Shown here: in pieces, positions 43,437 to 53,958 of the stretch
Position numbering within the stretch: the stretch's first letter is position 1
How the letters are laid out: every line of letters begins with the position of its first letter
Source: a virus
Taxonomy: Duplodnaviria > Caudoviricetes
Length of the DNA: 63,261 nt
Reading direction: 5' to 3' (one strand)
Virus record (IMG/VR): IMGVR_UViG_3300033067_002102
Span: 1-63,261 of that record
The notes under the pieces: generated by a model
Databases searched by the model: none
The model's input: only the letters and a program-made list of their open reading frames with translations
Told to the model about the DNA's origin: nothing
Made by a program: the position numbers and the translations under genes

Positions 43437-44268
43437 CCTCTTTGACCGCGTGTGCATCGTCAACGTTGACGGCTCGGAGCTGATAAACTTCGACGTTGAC
43501 GGCGAGGTCGTGCTCACGACCGAGACCACGCCGAACAAAGCCAAAATCAAAATTTACAACTTGGACAAAGACCTCCAAGCGGCGGTGCGCAAGAAGGACG
43601 CGCGCGTGGCTCTCACGCTCGGCTACCAAAACGCGGACTTCGCGGAGGTGTTCTTAGGGGACATCCGCTACGCGCCGAGCGGGCTCGTGGGCTCGGATTG
43701 GGTGACGGTGCTCGAAGCGGGCGACGCGGAGCGCGCGATTCAACAGAGCCAAGCGGCCATCACGTGGGCCAAGGGTAAGGACGTGTCGAAGGTCGTGGAG
43801 GAGCTGCTCCAGACCTTCGAGGACGTGGATATGGGGGACTTTCAGCAGACCTTCAAGTCCAAGGTGATGGAGCAATTCCCGAACGGCGGCGCGTTCAGCG
43901 GTAACAGCATGCGCGTGCTCGATGAGATTTTGCGCGGCTACGGCTGGACCGTGAGCGTCCAGAAACGCAAGTTCCAATTCATTCAGCTCAGCACCGGCAA
44001 GAACACGGAGATAGTGCAATCGCTCGACCCAAGCACCGGGCTTATTGACGAGCCGGACGTGGGCGAGCCGGACAAGAAGACCGGCAAGGCGAAGGCGAAA
44101 ATTACATCCTTGCTCATGCCCAAGATTATCCCGGGGTGCCAAGTGCACGTGACCGGCACGACGGACGGGCTCCGCGATGGTGACTACACGGTGCAAAAGG
44201 TCACGCATCAATTCTCCAACTGGCAACCGAAACCGTTCTATACGGTGATGGAGGCCACGACCACATGA
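43423..44268 (+). CDS. Baseplate hub protein
   Basis: NKAKIKIYNL, LTLGY, VFLGDI, TGLIDEP, LLMPKI.PG. Confidence 0.85.
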   Translation: MPQRDLFDRVCIVNVDGSELINFDVDGEVVLTTETTPNKAKIKIYNLDKDLQAAVRKKDARVALTLGYQNADFAEVFLGDIRYAPSGLVGSDWVTVLEAGDAERAIQQSQAAITWAKGKDVSKVVEELLQTFEDVDMGDFQQTFKSKVMEQFPNGGAFSGNSMRVLDEILRGYGWTVSVQKRKFQFIQLSTGKNTEIVQSLDPSTGLIDEPDVGEPDKKTGKAKAKITSLLMPKIIPGCQVHVTGTTDGLRDGDYTVQKVTHQFSNWQPKPFYTVMEATTT

Positions 44269-44462
44269 GACAAAAAACCATCCAAGGTGAAGAGCACGTC
44301 CTCGTGCTGCTCAAGGTGTTGGAGAAAGACGAATTTGAGCGCCCGCGCGCGTGTGAAATCGTCTACGACGATATGCGTGTGAAGCTCGAAGACGGCGCCG
44401 AATTCATCACGGCGTGGATACCACTCCACCTCACCACCGCTGTGACGAAGGGTGAAGCATGA
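44265..44462 (+). CDS. Hypothetical protein (65 aa)
   Basis: ATGA overlaps on both sides. Confidence 0.65.
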   Translation: MRQKTIQGEEHVLVLLKVLEKDEFERPRACEIVYDDMRVKLEDGAEFITAWIPLHLTTAVTKGEA

Positions 44463-45154
44463 GCGAGCGCGAGCCTACGCTTACGATGCTGCTCACGGCC
44501 GCGATTCAATCGCGGCTTTTGGAGTTTCACGTCATGTTGCCGGCGACCATCGAGTCTTACGACGCGGCGACCGGCACGGTGAACGTGAAGATTCTCTTGA
44601 AGAAGCAACAACCGCTCCCGGACGGGACGGTGGACCTCAAGGACTTCCCTCCCATCGAGGACGTGCCGGTGATGTGGCAGCGGTGCGGCAAGGCGTGGAT
44701 TACGATGCCGCTCGCGCAAGGTGACACGGGCATGGTCATCTTTGCAGACCGCTCGCTCAGCAAGTGGAACCAAACGGACAAGGGTCAAGTGGTGGACCCA
44801 CAAACGCTCAGCATGCACAACTTGGACGGCGCCGTGTTCATGCCGGGGCTCACGCCACCGAAAAACGCGCTTGAGTCGCCGGACACGGACAACGTGGTCA
44901 TCCACACGGAAACCAAGTTGGACTTGGGCGAAAAAGGGTTGAACGACACGGACAACCTAATTGCGCTTGCGAAAAAAACGAAGGACGAAATTAGCGCGCT
45001 ACGCCAGTCGTTCGTGGACTTCATCAACAACAATTACACGGGGCACATGCACCCGAGCGCGATGGGCCCGACCGGCAACCCCATCCCAGCGCCGCCAGTC
45101 ATCCCGCCGAATCCGGTGCAAGACGTGGCTGCCACGAAGGTGAGGGCCAAGTGA
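44459..45154 (+). CDS. Baseplate spike (Gp138-like)
   Basis: PATIESYD, DVPV, GDTGMVIFADR, HNLDGAVF, HMH metal-tip motif. Confidence 0.88.
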   Translation: MSEREPTLTMLLTAAIQSRLLEFHVMLPATIESYDAATGTVNVKILLKKQQPLPDGTVDLKDFPPIEDVPVMWQRCGKAWITMPLAQGDTGMVIFADRSLSKWNQTDKGQVVDPQTLSMHNLDGAVFMPGLTPPKNALESPDTDNVVIHTETKLDLGEKGLNDTDNLIALAKKTKDEISALRQSFVDFINNNYTGHMHPSAMGPTGNPIPAPPVIPPNPVQDVAATKVRAK

Positions 45155-45657
45155 GCTTTCGTCCCACTGAATTTGCCGCAGACCTCGCCAACATCTCGGG
45201 CGCTGATGAAGCCGCGACCATCGCGTCATGGCGCGCAGCGTTCTACACCTACGAGCGGCAGTGCATCACGGACAACGGCGTCTCTATCACCGCGAGTGGC
45301 GCGGCACACTCGACCGCGCTTGATGCTTTCTCGGCGGCAATGGTCGGCTTGTCCGACCTCAGTACCGGGGGCGCGCCAAAGATTCAAGCGGCCATCATCG
45401 CGTTTTGGGACTACATCGCGAACCCTAGTAACATCGGTTTTTATTTCGCTGGCGGTTCTAACATGGTGAAGCCGGCCGGTCTCACGGGCATTCAAGCAGC
45501 CATTGAGGCGACCTATCCGGGAAACCTTGCGATTGATGTGAACTTGCCGATTGCCACGCAACGCTCCATGGCATGCACGAACGTCGCAAACGCCATTCAC
45601 GGTTGCCACTCGGGCGGGACGGTGCGCATCGGCGGCGTGGATAGGGTAATTTCATGA
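45151..45657 (+). CDS. Hypothetical baseplate-associated protein
   Basis: Overlapping starts/stops within the baseplate operon. Confidence 0.65.
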   Translation: MSFRPTEFAADLANISGADEAATIASWRAAFYTYERQCITDNGVSITASGAAHSTALDAFSAAMVGLSDLSTGGAPKIQAAIIAFWDYIANPSNIGFYFAGGSNMVKPAGLTGIQAAIEATYPGNLAIDVNLPIATQRSMACTNVANAIHGCHSGGTVRIGGVDRVIS

Positions 45658-46037
45658 GTGACATCAAGCTGGACAACACGCACGACATTGACGTGACTAA
45701 CTCAGAGGTCACGCTCGTCTACGACGAAGAGGCCATCACCCAAGAAATCAAAATCGGGATGCGCTTCTTTCAGGGCGAGTGGTTCTTGGACCAACGCGTG
45801 GGCATCCCCTACTTTCAGCGCATCTTCACCGGAGAGAAAACGGATGACATGGCCATCGTTCAGGCCACGTACCGGCGTGCGCTGTACAGCATCCCCGGGG
45901 TGCTCAACGTGGATTACGTCAACGCGAGCTATGACGATGATGCGTCACTTCGTCGCGTGAACGTGGAGTGGCGCTGCCAGGTTTCGGGCGAGCCGGAGAC
46001 ATTCATTGAGGGCGTGGAAGCGCTCGTGATACCGTAA
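45654..46037 (+). CDS. Baseplate wedge / sheath initiator (gp25-like)
   Basis: FQGEWFLD..GIPY, IPGV..V. Confidence 0.85.
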   Translation: MSDIKLDNTHDIDVTNSEVTLVYDEEAITQEIKIGMRFFQGEWFLDQRVGIPYFQRIFTGEKTDDMAIVQATYRRALYSIPGVLNVDYVNASYDDDASLRRVNVEWRCQVSGEPETFIEGVEALVIP

Positions 46038-46059
46038 AAACGCGGGTCAGGAAGGGACT

Positions 46060-47211
46060 ATGCCAGGGCTCACGACCTCGGGCTTTGAAATCAAGGACTT
46101 GGATACCATCCTCACGGAGTGTGAGGCCGAGGAGAAGAACCTCTTGGGTCAATCGCTCAACGTGCGACCCACCTCCGTGCCGGGCGTCTTCAACGGCGTT
46201 TTCTCGGCGAAGCTCTCCGAGATGTGGGAGGTTACGGAGGAGGTCTACTCGGCGTGGAACCCGGACACTGCCACGGGTGTGTCCCTGGACCAACTTTGCC
46301 AAATCACGGGCGTCATCCGACTTGCGGCAACGCAAAGCACGGTGACACTTTCGCTCACCGGCACGCCCGGCACGCCCATCCCGACGGGGCGCCGAGTCAA
46401 AAACGCTAGCACAAATACCTATTGGACGAACCCGCTCTCCGGCGTCATTGGTGGCGGCAGCTCTGTGCTCATCGGCTTCCAAGCTGAGGCGACGGGTCCG
46501 AGCATCGGCGTTGCAGGGACGCTTACCATCATTGACACGCCGGTCTCCGGCTGGAGCGCGGTCACGAACCCGGCCGATGCGACGCTTGGCCGTGACGAAG
46601 AGACGGACGCGGACCTCCGCGTGCGTCGCGCCGAGTTGCTCACGGCCGCGGGTAAGGGCACCGTGGACTCCATCCGCGCGGACGTGCGCGACGTGGACGA
46701 GGTCACGGACGTGGAGGTGTACGAAAACACCACGCTCGTGACGGACGTGGATGGGCTCCCGGGCAAGGCGTTTGAGGTGCTTGTCTCGGGCGGAGACAAT
46801 GACGAAATCGCTCAAGCGATTTGGAACAGCAAGCCGGCCGGCATCAGCGCGCACGGCTCGGCGAGTGGCATGGCCTATGACGCGCTCAGCGCGCAACGCC
46901 CCATGTTCTTCACGCGCCCGACGCTCAAGAACACCTATCTGGCGGTCACCGCGACCACGGGCGTAGGGTTCAGCGGGCTCACCGCAGACATCGCGCTTTC
47001 GCTCGTGAGCTTCGGCAATGTTGCTTACGGCATCGGCGATGATGTTGTCCGCCAGCGCTTGCGCGGCGCCACCTTCGTTACGGGCGTGGTCGATAACCCG
47101 GCCTTTGCGCTCGATTACTACGCCTCGCCCACGGCCACCTCCAACTTGCCGGTGGGCTCGCGTGAGCGCGCGGTCTTCGACACCTCGCGCGTATCGGTGA
47201 CGTTGCTATGA
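46060..47211 (+). CDS. Baseplate J-like protein
   Basis: ATGVSLD, VTNP..ATLGRDEETDADLR.R, KPAGI. Confidence 0.92.
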   Translation: MPGLTTSGFEIKDLDTILTECEAEEKNLLGQSLNVRPTSVPGVFNGVFSAKLSEMWEVTEEVYSAWNPDTATGVSLDQLCQITGVIRLAATQSTVTLSLTGTPGTPIPTGRRVKNASTNTYWTNPLSGVIGGGSSVLIGFQAEATGPSIGVAGTLTIIDTPVSGWSAVTNPADATLGRDEETDADLRVRRAELLTAAGKGTVDSIRADVRDVDEVTDVEVYENTTLVTDVDGLPGKAFEVLVSGGDNDEIAQAIWNSKPAGISAHGSASGMAYDALSAQRPMFFTRPTLKNTYLAVTATTGVGFSGLTADIALSLVSFGNVAYGIGDDVVRQRLRGATFVTGVVDNPAFALDYYASPTATSNLPVGSRERAVFDTSRVSVTLL

Positions 47212-48695
47212 GCAAGAACCTTGAGCACAACACACAGCACCGCCAGCAAGCGCGAGACCTCGTCATCGAGCAATTCAAGCGTTCGCAGCGGTTCAACGAT
47301 TGGCTTGGGGTCTACGTAGACCAAATCCAAGACATCGAAGACGCGCTGTGGGACCTCTACACGAAGCGCGGCGTGGACACGGCTGAGGGTGCCCAGCTCG
47401 ATGTGCTCGGCGTCATTGTCGGACAACCGCGCAACGGGCTCGATGACACGGACTATCGCACGCGCATCAAGGTCCGCATCCGTCTTAATCGCGCTAGCGG
47501 AATTGCGGACGACATCTACGACGTGTTTGGGCTCATGCTCGGCAACCAAATCGGTGCGGTCTCGCTCCAAGAGGCGTACCCAGCCGGGCTTATCGTTCAG
47601 ATGAACGAGTACGTGGACACGTCACCCGCTGTGCTCGCGGAGATTTTGCGCGAAGCGCGCGGCGCCGGCATTGACACGAGTCTCGTATGGCTTCCGAGCG
47701 CGGACGGCATCTTCGAGTGTAGCTCAGACGCGGCACCCGAAGTGGATAGCCCGGACGAAGGTTTCGCCACGGAGACGTTCAAGGCTTCCGTCTACAACCA
47801 TGGGAGCAGCGCACCGGGCGAATACACCTCCATTGCGCATGCTCCGGCGTTGAATGTGACGATTGCGGTGGGCGCGCAAATCACCACCTCCTCGCGCATC
47901 ATGCGCTCCACGGACGGCGGCCAGACATGGACCGCTATCACGCCGCCGACCGGCGCTTACTGGGTTACGGTGGCGTGGGCGCAAGCTCACAACATGTTCT
48001 ATGCCTTCGGGCACGATGGCACCGTTATCCGCTCGACCACGGGCACTTCGTGGTCTGTGGTCGCGACGCTGACTTACGGCTACACGTCCATGGCGTGCTC
48101 GGATTCGGGCTTGCTTGTAGCGGTCTATGGGGCAAACCGCTCTGCCACATCCACGAACGGGACCTCATGGACAGAGAACAACACGGGGTTGAACCTCAAC
48201 CAAGTAGCCTATTCTTCGTTGGAGAATCGCTTTGTGGCCGCGGGCGCGCCTGGGCTCTATTACTCCACCAACGGCGTGTCATGGACGCAGGGCTATGCGG
48301 GGCCTGGCTCGGGCCAAGGCTACGTGGCGTGGAATGCCAAGCTCCAAATCTTCTTCGCGTTCCTCACCGCCGCAACGGGCTCGTTTTACAGCTCGACTGA
48401 TGGTATCAACTGGGACATCGTTGTGGACGCTACGTCCGAGATTTGGGTAGCCATCGCCGCGTGCGGCAACAAGTTCTTGGCTCTCACCTATAACGATGCA
48501 AGCACAACTATTGCCGTCTTCGACGGGGCGAACCTCAGCACGTTCTACGATGCCTCGTTGCAATACGGCTACAGCTCCATGTGCACGATGGGCTTGGAGC
48601 AAGACAAAGCAATCTCACCCACGCTGGGAAACCAGATAGTTGCGGTGTTCGCCGTCCCTTCGGGCGGTCAACTCGCTGGCGTTTTGGAGGCTTAA
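47208..48695 (+). CDS. DUF2612-like baseplate wedge protein carrying a BNR/Asp-box beta-propeller
   Basis: DTAEGAQLDVLGVIVGQPR..DDTDYR; five Asp-box-like ST(D/N/T)G..W repeats. Confidence 0.8.
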   Translation: MSKNLEHNTQHRQQARDLVIEQFKRSQRFNDWLGVYVDQIQDIEDALWDLYTKRGVDTAEGAQLDVLGVIVGQPRNGLDDTDYRTRIKVRIRLNRASGIADDIYDVFGLMLGNQIGAVSLQEAYPAGLIVQMNEYVDTSPAVLAEILREARGAGIDTSLVWLPSADGIFECSSDAAPEVDSPDEGFATETFKASVYNHGSSAPGEYTSIAHAPALNVTIAVGAQITTSSRIMRSTDGGQTWTAITPPTGAYWVTVAWAQAHNMFYAFGHDGTVIRSTTGTSWSVVATLTYGYTSMACSDSGLLVAVYGANRSATSTNGTSWTENNTGLNLNQVAYSSLENRFVAAGAPGLYYSTNGVSWTQGYAGPGSGQGYVAWNAKLQIFFAFLTAATGSFYSSTDGINWDIVVDATSEIWVAIAACGNKFLALTYNDASTTIAVFDGANLSTFYDASLQYGYSSMCTMGLEQDKAISPTLGNQIVAVFAVPSGGQLAGVLEA

Positions 48696-48698
48696 AGC

Positions 48699-49910
48699 AT
48701 GAGCGGCGCAGCACCTACAGAAGACCTAACCTGGGCGGAAAGCGCACCGGGTTACGGCATTGTTGAGCCGACCACGAAGCGCGTGGCCGGATGGAACCCA
48801 GGCGATAAACCGCCCGCGGAGTGGCTCAACTATTGGATGCGCGGTGTGGGCCGCATGCGCGTCTACTACGGCAACAAGAACGTAGCGGGCGGCATCGTCG
48901 GCTTGCACGACACGAACGTTTCCGCCGCTTGGGCGGCAACCGCCGCGAGCGCGAACGCGCTCTCTGTCACCGGTCACGGTACGGGCGCGGGCGTGGTCGG
49001 TGCGGGCGGTGCCTCGGGCTCGGGCGTGGTCGGCAGCACGACGGCGGGCAGCGCCGCGAGTGCCGCGGGCGGATTCTTCACTTCGTCCGGCTCGCACGGA
49101 CGCGCCGTGTGGGCCATCGCTGGCGCAGGCGCGAGCGGTACGGGTGTCTTTGCGACGGCGCCAAGCGGCACCGGTCAAGCGATTTGGGCGGTCGGCGTCT
49201 CCAACTCCAACGCCATTTGGGCGCAAGGTCCCGCGAGCGGTGTGGCGTTGCTCGCGGAAGGCGCCGGCTCTTACACGCTGGACGTGCGCAACAACCGCGC
49301 GGCAACCGGTGCGGTCATCGGGCGCTATCTCTACACGGGCTCCAGCGCCGCGGCCACGGGCCACTTTGTATCCGTTACCGCTTCGGCGAGCGGCGTGGGC
49401 GGCGTCTTTGAAGGTGCGACAGCCGCGGGCACGGGCGTTGTGGCCTCGGGCTTCATCGGCATGTCTCTCTCTGGTGCCGCGGCGGCTTCGAGCCGCGGCT
49501 TGACCATCAGCACGGGCGCCGCCGCGGGCGCGTTCGGCGCGGTCATCTCGGCAGCTTCGGCAGCTTCGGGCGCGTTGCAGCTCACGCAATCCTTCGGTGG
49601 CTCCAACACGAGCTATGGTCTTTACATCAACACGAGCGGCGGCAGCACGAACGGCCGCGCGCTCTACATCGGCGACAACAACAACGCGCCGGCCGCACAG
49701 ATTGACGCGTTCGGCTCGGGCGCGGCGGCGGTGGTCATCACCCACTCCGGCACCCTCAACGGCGGCGTGCCTTTGCGTCTCACGCCGAAGGCCACGACGG
49801 CAGCGACGGGCAGCTACACGCCGGTTGCGGGCGACATCTACATTGACTCCACCACGAACGCCATCCGCTACTACGTAGGCGGCGCGTGGCGTTCACTGAC
49901 CGGCGCGTAA
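48699..49910 (+). CDS. Tail fibre (Gly/Ala/Ser-rich repetitive)
   Basis: GW.PGDKPPAEWLNYW N-terminal fibre anchor; GDIYID...Y.GGAW C-terminus. Confidence 0.8.
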   Translation: MSGAAPTEDLTWAESAPGYGIVEPTTKRVAGWNPGDKPPAEWLNYWMRGVGRMRVYYGNKNVAGGIVGLHDTNVSAAWAATAASANALSVTGHGTGAGVVGAGGASGSGVVGSTTAGSAASAAGGFFTSSGSHGRAVWAIAGAGASGTGVFATAPSGTGQAIWAVGVSNSNAIWAQGPASGVALLAEGAGSYTLDVRNNRAATGAVIGRYLYTGSSAAATGHFVSVTASASGVGGVFEGATAAGTGVVASGFIGMSLSGAAAASSRGLTISTGAAAGAFGAVISAASAASGALQLTQSFGGSNTSYGLYINTSGGSTNGRALYIGDNNNAPAAQIDAFGSGAAAVVITHSGTLNGGVPLRLTPKATTAATGSYTPVAGDIYIDSTTNAIRYYVGGAWRSLTGA

Positions 49911-49921
49911 GGGAGGTCCGT

Positions 49922-50317
49922 TTGTCGTCTACCAATGGCATGTCCGAGCCCGCTGAATTTGACATCGTCATCAAGAAGGGCGCGGAGTTTGAACTTCCGT
50001 TCCTCCTCGAAGACGCGAGCGGCCCGATGAACCTCTCCACATGGAGCTTCAAGTCACAAGTGCGCGACCCGAACGGCGTGCTCTTGCTGGAGCTGTACGT
50101 GGTGAACGTCAACTTGGCGGCGGGCTCGGGCAAGCTCTACGCGAGCGCGAGCGCCACGGCCGCCATCACGGCCGCGCTCACAGACCCGCGCAACCCGGCG
50201 CGTTTCGCGGTCGGCAACTGGGACTTTTTCGGCGGACCCGCGGCGGCCACGGCGACCGAGGACAATTGCTACATGCAAGGCGCCGCCAAGATTTATCCAC
50301 GCTACAGCGTCCGTTAA
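49922..50317 (+). CDS. Fibre-associated Ig-like/BppU-like protein
   Basis: DIVIKKGAEF...MNLSTWSFKSQVR; TTG start after GGAGG (or ATG at 49940). Confidence 0.65.
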   Translation: MSSTNGMSEPAEFDIVIKKGAEFELPFLLEDASGPMNLSTWSFKSQVRDPNGVLLLELYVVNVNLAAGSGKLYASASATAAITAALTDPRNPARFAVGNWDFFGGPAAATATEDNCYMQGAAKIYPRYSVR

Positions 50318-50326
50318 GGAGAGCAC

Positions 50327-50878
50327 ATGGGAGTGAGACTCACGATTTCGCCTGTGACCGTCGTGGTCCAGGTGAACACGGGCGGAGGAGGTGGCGGGGA
50401 CCCCGTCACCTTCGAGACAGTGCGGGATGCGCTCGCGCAAGCAGACACGCCGGTAGACTTCAACGGCGAAGAGTTGACGAGCTTGGCGGACCCCACGGGA
50501 CCGCAAAGCGCCGCGACGCGCGCTTATGTGGATGCGAACGCTTCGGGTGTGGGCTCGCGCATAGAGCTGGACGATGACATCGCGCTCACGAACGTGTCGC
50601 GCGGCAACACCTACGTGGCGACGGCCGCGGAGCAAGTGACCGCAACGCTCCCGGCAAGCAACACCATCGGCGCGGGTGTGCGATGGGTCAACCGCTTCGT
50701 AGCAAGCTCGGACGGGCTCGTGGTGCTCGCACAAGGTGGGGACTCGCTGCTCTATTATGGCGCGAGCGGCGCCGGGCTTACGAGCATCAACGCGGGCGAT
50801 TCGATAGATATTGAGTATATCGGTAACGGCACCTACAACGTTGTGGGTGTCGTAGGACAAGGATGGGTGTTCCCATGA
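50327..50878 (+). CDS. Fibre-associated protein
   Basis: LADPTGPQSAATRAYVD motif; VTATLPA domain. Confidence 0.7.
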   Translation: MGVRLTISPVTVVVQVNTGGGGGGDPVTFETVRDALAQADTPVDFNGEELTSLADPTGPQSAATRAYVDANASGVGSRIELDDDIALTNVSRGNTYVATAAEQVTATLPASNTIGAGVRWVNRFVASSDGLVVLAQGGDSLLYYGASGAGLTSINAGDSIDIEYIGNGTYNVVGVVGQGWVFP

Positions 50879-53800
50879 TGAAACGTTTTTATCCGCTTGC
50901 GCTTTTTGCTCTTTTGGTCGTGCTCGCGGGCGCGACCAAGATTGCTTCGCTACCGCCGTTCGATGACGCTCAAGACATCGGCAAGGGTGCGGTCATCGGG
51001 CCGAGTGGCAATGTCGCGTGGCGCCGGCCCATCTCGCGCATCAGCAAGACCGGGACCGTCACGCTCACGCCGCAAGAGAGCGGTTCGCAAATCTCGATGA
51101 ACCAAGCGACCGTCACGCTCCCGGACTGCGACGGGACGAACGGCTTGTGGTTCGTGCTCTCGTGCTCGGACCTTCCGAGCGCAGTACGCGCCAACACGGG
51201 GGATTTGATTCAGCTCGGCCACGTCTATCTAGCCGCACCTAAAACACTCGTGTGTATGGAGGACGATGCGGTCGTCCAGCTCTACTGCTCCGGGCTCTAC
51301 TCGGGCTTTGGGTCGTGGCACGTCATCGCCTACAGCGAAGTTTTCGGCTCGTCCGAAGCCGGTGTGGTCGCGCCCACAGGCGTGGACGAGGTTTACCCCA
51401 CCATCAACTCCTTCGCCACGACCGTGCCCGATTACTCTTCGGTGCCGCTCAATGATGCGACCTTCGGCGTGCTGTGGTGGGACCGCGGCTACACTTGGTA
51501 TGGCGACTGGGTCAGCGGCGTCTACTTGCGTAACAGCATCGTGGAGCATGGCGGACAGCTCTATCGCTCCACCACCGCGTTCACGACGCAAGAACCCCCG
51601 GACACGGAATGGACCACGTTTGACATCGGCGGCGCAGGCTCGCCGGGACCGACCGGGCCCACGGGCGCAAACGGTGCGCCTGGCGCAACTGGCCCCACGG
51701 GTGCGAACGGAGCAAACGGTGCCACGGGCGCGACCGGGCCGGGCTTCTCCGATGGCGATAAGGGCGACATCACGGTCAGCTCGGGCGCCACGGTGCTCAC
51801 CATCGATAACGACGCGGTCACCTACGCGAAGATTCAAAACGTGTCGGCGACTGACCGCTTGCTCGGGCGCGTGAGCACGGGTGCAGGAGATATCGAGGAG
51901 CTTGTTTGCACGGACCTTGCGCAATCGCTCTTGGACGACACCACGACCGGCGCCATGCAAACGACGCTCGGGCTCGTCATCGGCACGAACGTCCAAGCCT
52001 ATGACGCAGAGCTTGCAGCACTGGCGAGCACCACGAGCGCCGCGGACGCGGTGCCCTACTTCACCGGCTCCGGCACGGCTAGCACTCTCACGTGCACGAG
52101 CGCGGCGCGGACGGTGCTCGATGACACGACGGTGGCGGCGATGGTGGACACGCTCGGCGGTGCTTCAAGCACTGGTTCGGGCGGGCTCGTTCGCGCAACC
52201 TCTCCGACCATCACCACGCCGACCATCAGCGGCCCGCTGACACAATCGGGCGGCTCGTCTTATGGCGGCTGGTTTCAAAGCGGCAACTCCGGTCAGCCGG
52301 GTGTGCTCGGCTACTCCGTCAACGCCGTCACGAGCTTCGGCCTCATCGGCGAAGGTCGCGGCAGTGATGGCGGCGGTGTCCGCGGTTACACACCGAACGG
52401 CGGTAATCACGCGCTCGAAGCTTACGGCGACAACACAAGCCCGGTCATCGCATCGTTCTACATCCGGCCTGCGGACGCTGCGCCTTCGGGCACGGCTTCG
52501 GTAGGCGAATTCTATGTCACGACCGGGCCCACGGGCGGCACGGGCATGTTGATGTCCTACTACTCGGGCTCGTGGGGCAAGGTCGCAAATCAAGCGGACT
52601 CGCTCGCGGCGAGCGTCATCACGAGCGGCACGATGGCCACGGCGCGGCTTGGTAGCGGCACGGCGGACAACACCACGTGTCTCTACGGTGACCAAACCTA
52701 CAAGACTTGCGGCTCGGGCACGCAAGGTCCGACCGGTCCCACTGGCCCGGCCGGCGCGGGACTCTCGGACGGAGACAAGGGCGACATCACGGTCAGCTCC
52801 AGCGGCACCGTGTGGGACATTGATGCGAACGTTGTAGGCAACGCCGAGCTTCGGCAGGGCGGCGCCACGAGCGTCATCGGTCGCAGCGCGAATAGCACGG
52901 GCAACGTGGCGGACATCTCCGCGTCCTCGGACGGCGATGTCCTCAGACACGCGAGCGGTATTATTTCATTCGGCACGCTCGCCACGGCGAGCTATGCGAA
53001 CGACTCCGTGACCTACGCCAAGGTCCAAAACGTGAGCGCCACAGACCGCATCCTCGGGCGCGTAAGCACGGGCGCGGGCGACATTGAAGAGCTGGTGTGC
53101 ACGGACCTCGCGCAATCGCTCTTGGATGATGCGACGGCCAGCGACATGCGCACCACGCTCGGCGTGGTCATCGGCACGAACGTCCAAGCATATGACGCAG
53201 AGCTGGCCGCCATCGCGGGACTCACGAGCGCGGCGGACTCCTTCCCCTACTTCACCGGCTCGGGTACGGCCGCGCTGGCGACCATCACGAGCGCCGCGCG
53301 CGGCGTGCTCGATGAAACGACCACCGCGAACATGCGCACAGCGATGGGCGTGGCCATTGGTTCGGATGTGCAAGCCTACGACGCGGAGCTTGCGGCACTC
53401 GCGAGCACCACGAGCGCAGCGGATGCGGTGCCTTACTTCACGGGCTCCGGCACCGCCTCCACGCTCACGTGCACGAGCGCAGCGCGCACCGTCTTGGATG
53501 ACACGACCGTCGCCAACATGGTCAACACGCTCGGCGGCGCCACGAGCACGGGCACGGGCGGCCTTGTGCGCATTGACGGCGCGAGCCTTACGGGCACTGT
53601 GGGCGTTTCGGGCTCGCTCGGCGTTACCGGGCCGGCGTGGAGTCGCCAGCCGTCAACGGTCACGACGGGCGGCACCACCTTCACGTGTGACTTCGCGCTC
53701 GGCAACGAATGCGTATTTGACGCGCAAGGTAGCTCGGGCAACCTGACCGCGACGTTCAGCAACCCGAACGCGGGCGCGTCCTACATCATCAAGCTCATTC

Positions 53801-53958
53801 AGGGCTCCAGCGCGCGCACGTACACATGGCCTGGCACGGCGAAATGGCCGAGCGGTACCGCGCCGACCGTCACCGCGACGAACGACGCGGTGGACGTTAT
53901 CTCGTGCTACTACGATGGCACGAACTACCTTTGCTCCTTCATCTTGGACGTGCGCTGA
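50875..53958 (+). CDS. Large fibre/adhesin with collagen repeats, internal duplications and a signal-peptide-like N-terminus
   Basis: GPTGPTGANG collagen tracts; repeated DGDKGDITVS and VQAYDAELAA blocks; WP...KWPSGTAP C-terminal domain. Confidence 0.8.
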   Translation: MMKRFYPLALFALLVVLAGATKIASLPPFDDAQDIGKGAVIGPSGNVAWRRPISRISKTGTVTLTPQESGSQISMNQATVTLPDCDGTNGLWFVLSCSDLPSAVRANTGDLIQLGHVYLAAPKTLVCMEDDAVVQLYCSGLYSGFGSWHVIAYSEVFGSSEAGVVAPTGVDEVYPTINSFATTVPDYSSVPLNDATFGVLWWDRGYTWYGDWVSGVYLRNSIVEHGGQLYRSTTAFTTQEPPDTEWTTFDIGGAGSPGPTGPTGANGAPGATGPTGANGANGATGATGPGFSDGDKGDITVSSGATVLTIDNDAVTYAKIQNVSATDRLLGRVSTGAGDIEELVCTDLAQSLLDDTTTGAMQTTLGLVIGTNVQAYDAELAALASTTSAADAVPYFTGSGTASTLTCTSAARTVLDDTTVAAMVDTLGGASSTGSGGLVRATSPTITTPTISGPLTQSGGSSYGGWFQSGNSGQPGVLGYSVNAVTSFGLIGEGRGSDGGGVRGYTPNGGNHALEAYGDNTSPVIASFYIRPADAAPSGTASVGEFYVTTGPTGGTGMLMSYYSGSWGKVANQADSLAASVITSGTMATARLGSGTADNTTCLYGDQTYKTCGSGTQGPTGPTGPAGAGLSDGDKGDITVSSSGTVWDIDANVVGNAELRQGGATSVIGRSANSTGNVADISASSDGDVLRHASGIISFGTLATASYANDSVTYAKVQNVSATDRILGRVSTGAGDIEELVCTDLAQSLLDDATASDMRTTLGVVIGTNVQAYDAELAAIAGLTSAADSFPYFTGSGTAALATITSAARGVLDETTTANMRTAMGVAIGSDVQAYDAELAALASTTSAADAVPYFTGSGTASTLTCTSAARTVLDDTTVANMVNTLGGATSTGTGGLVRIDGASLTGTVGVSGSLGVTGPAWSRQPSTVTTGGTTFTCDFALGNECVFDAQGSSGNLTATFSNPNAGASYIIKLIQGSSARTYTWPGTAKWPSGTAPTVTATNDAVDVISCYYDGTNYLCSFILDVR
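51745..53575 (+). repeat. Internal duplicated blocks in the large fibre gene
   Basis: VTYAK.QNVSATDR.LGRVSTGAGDIEELVCTDLAQSLLDD twice; VQAYDAELAA...PYFTGSGTA three times. Confidence 0.85.
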
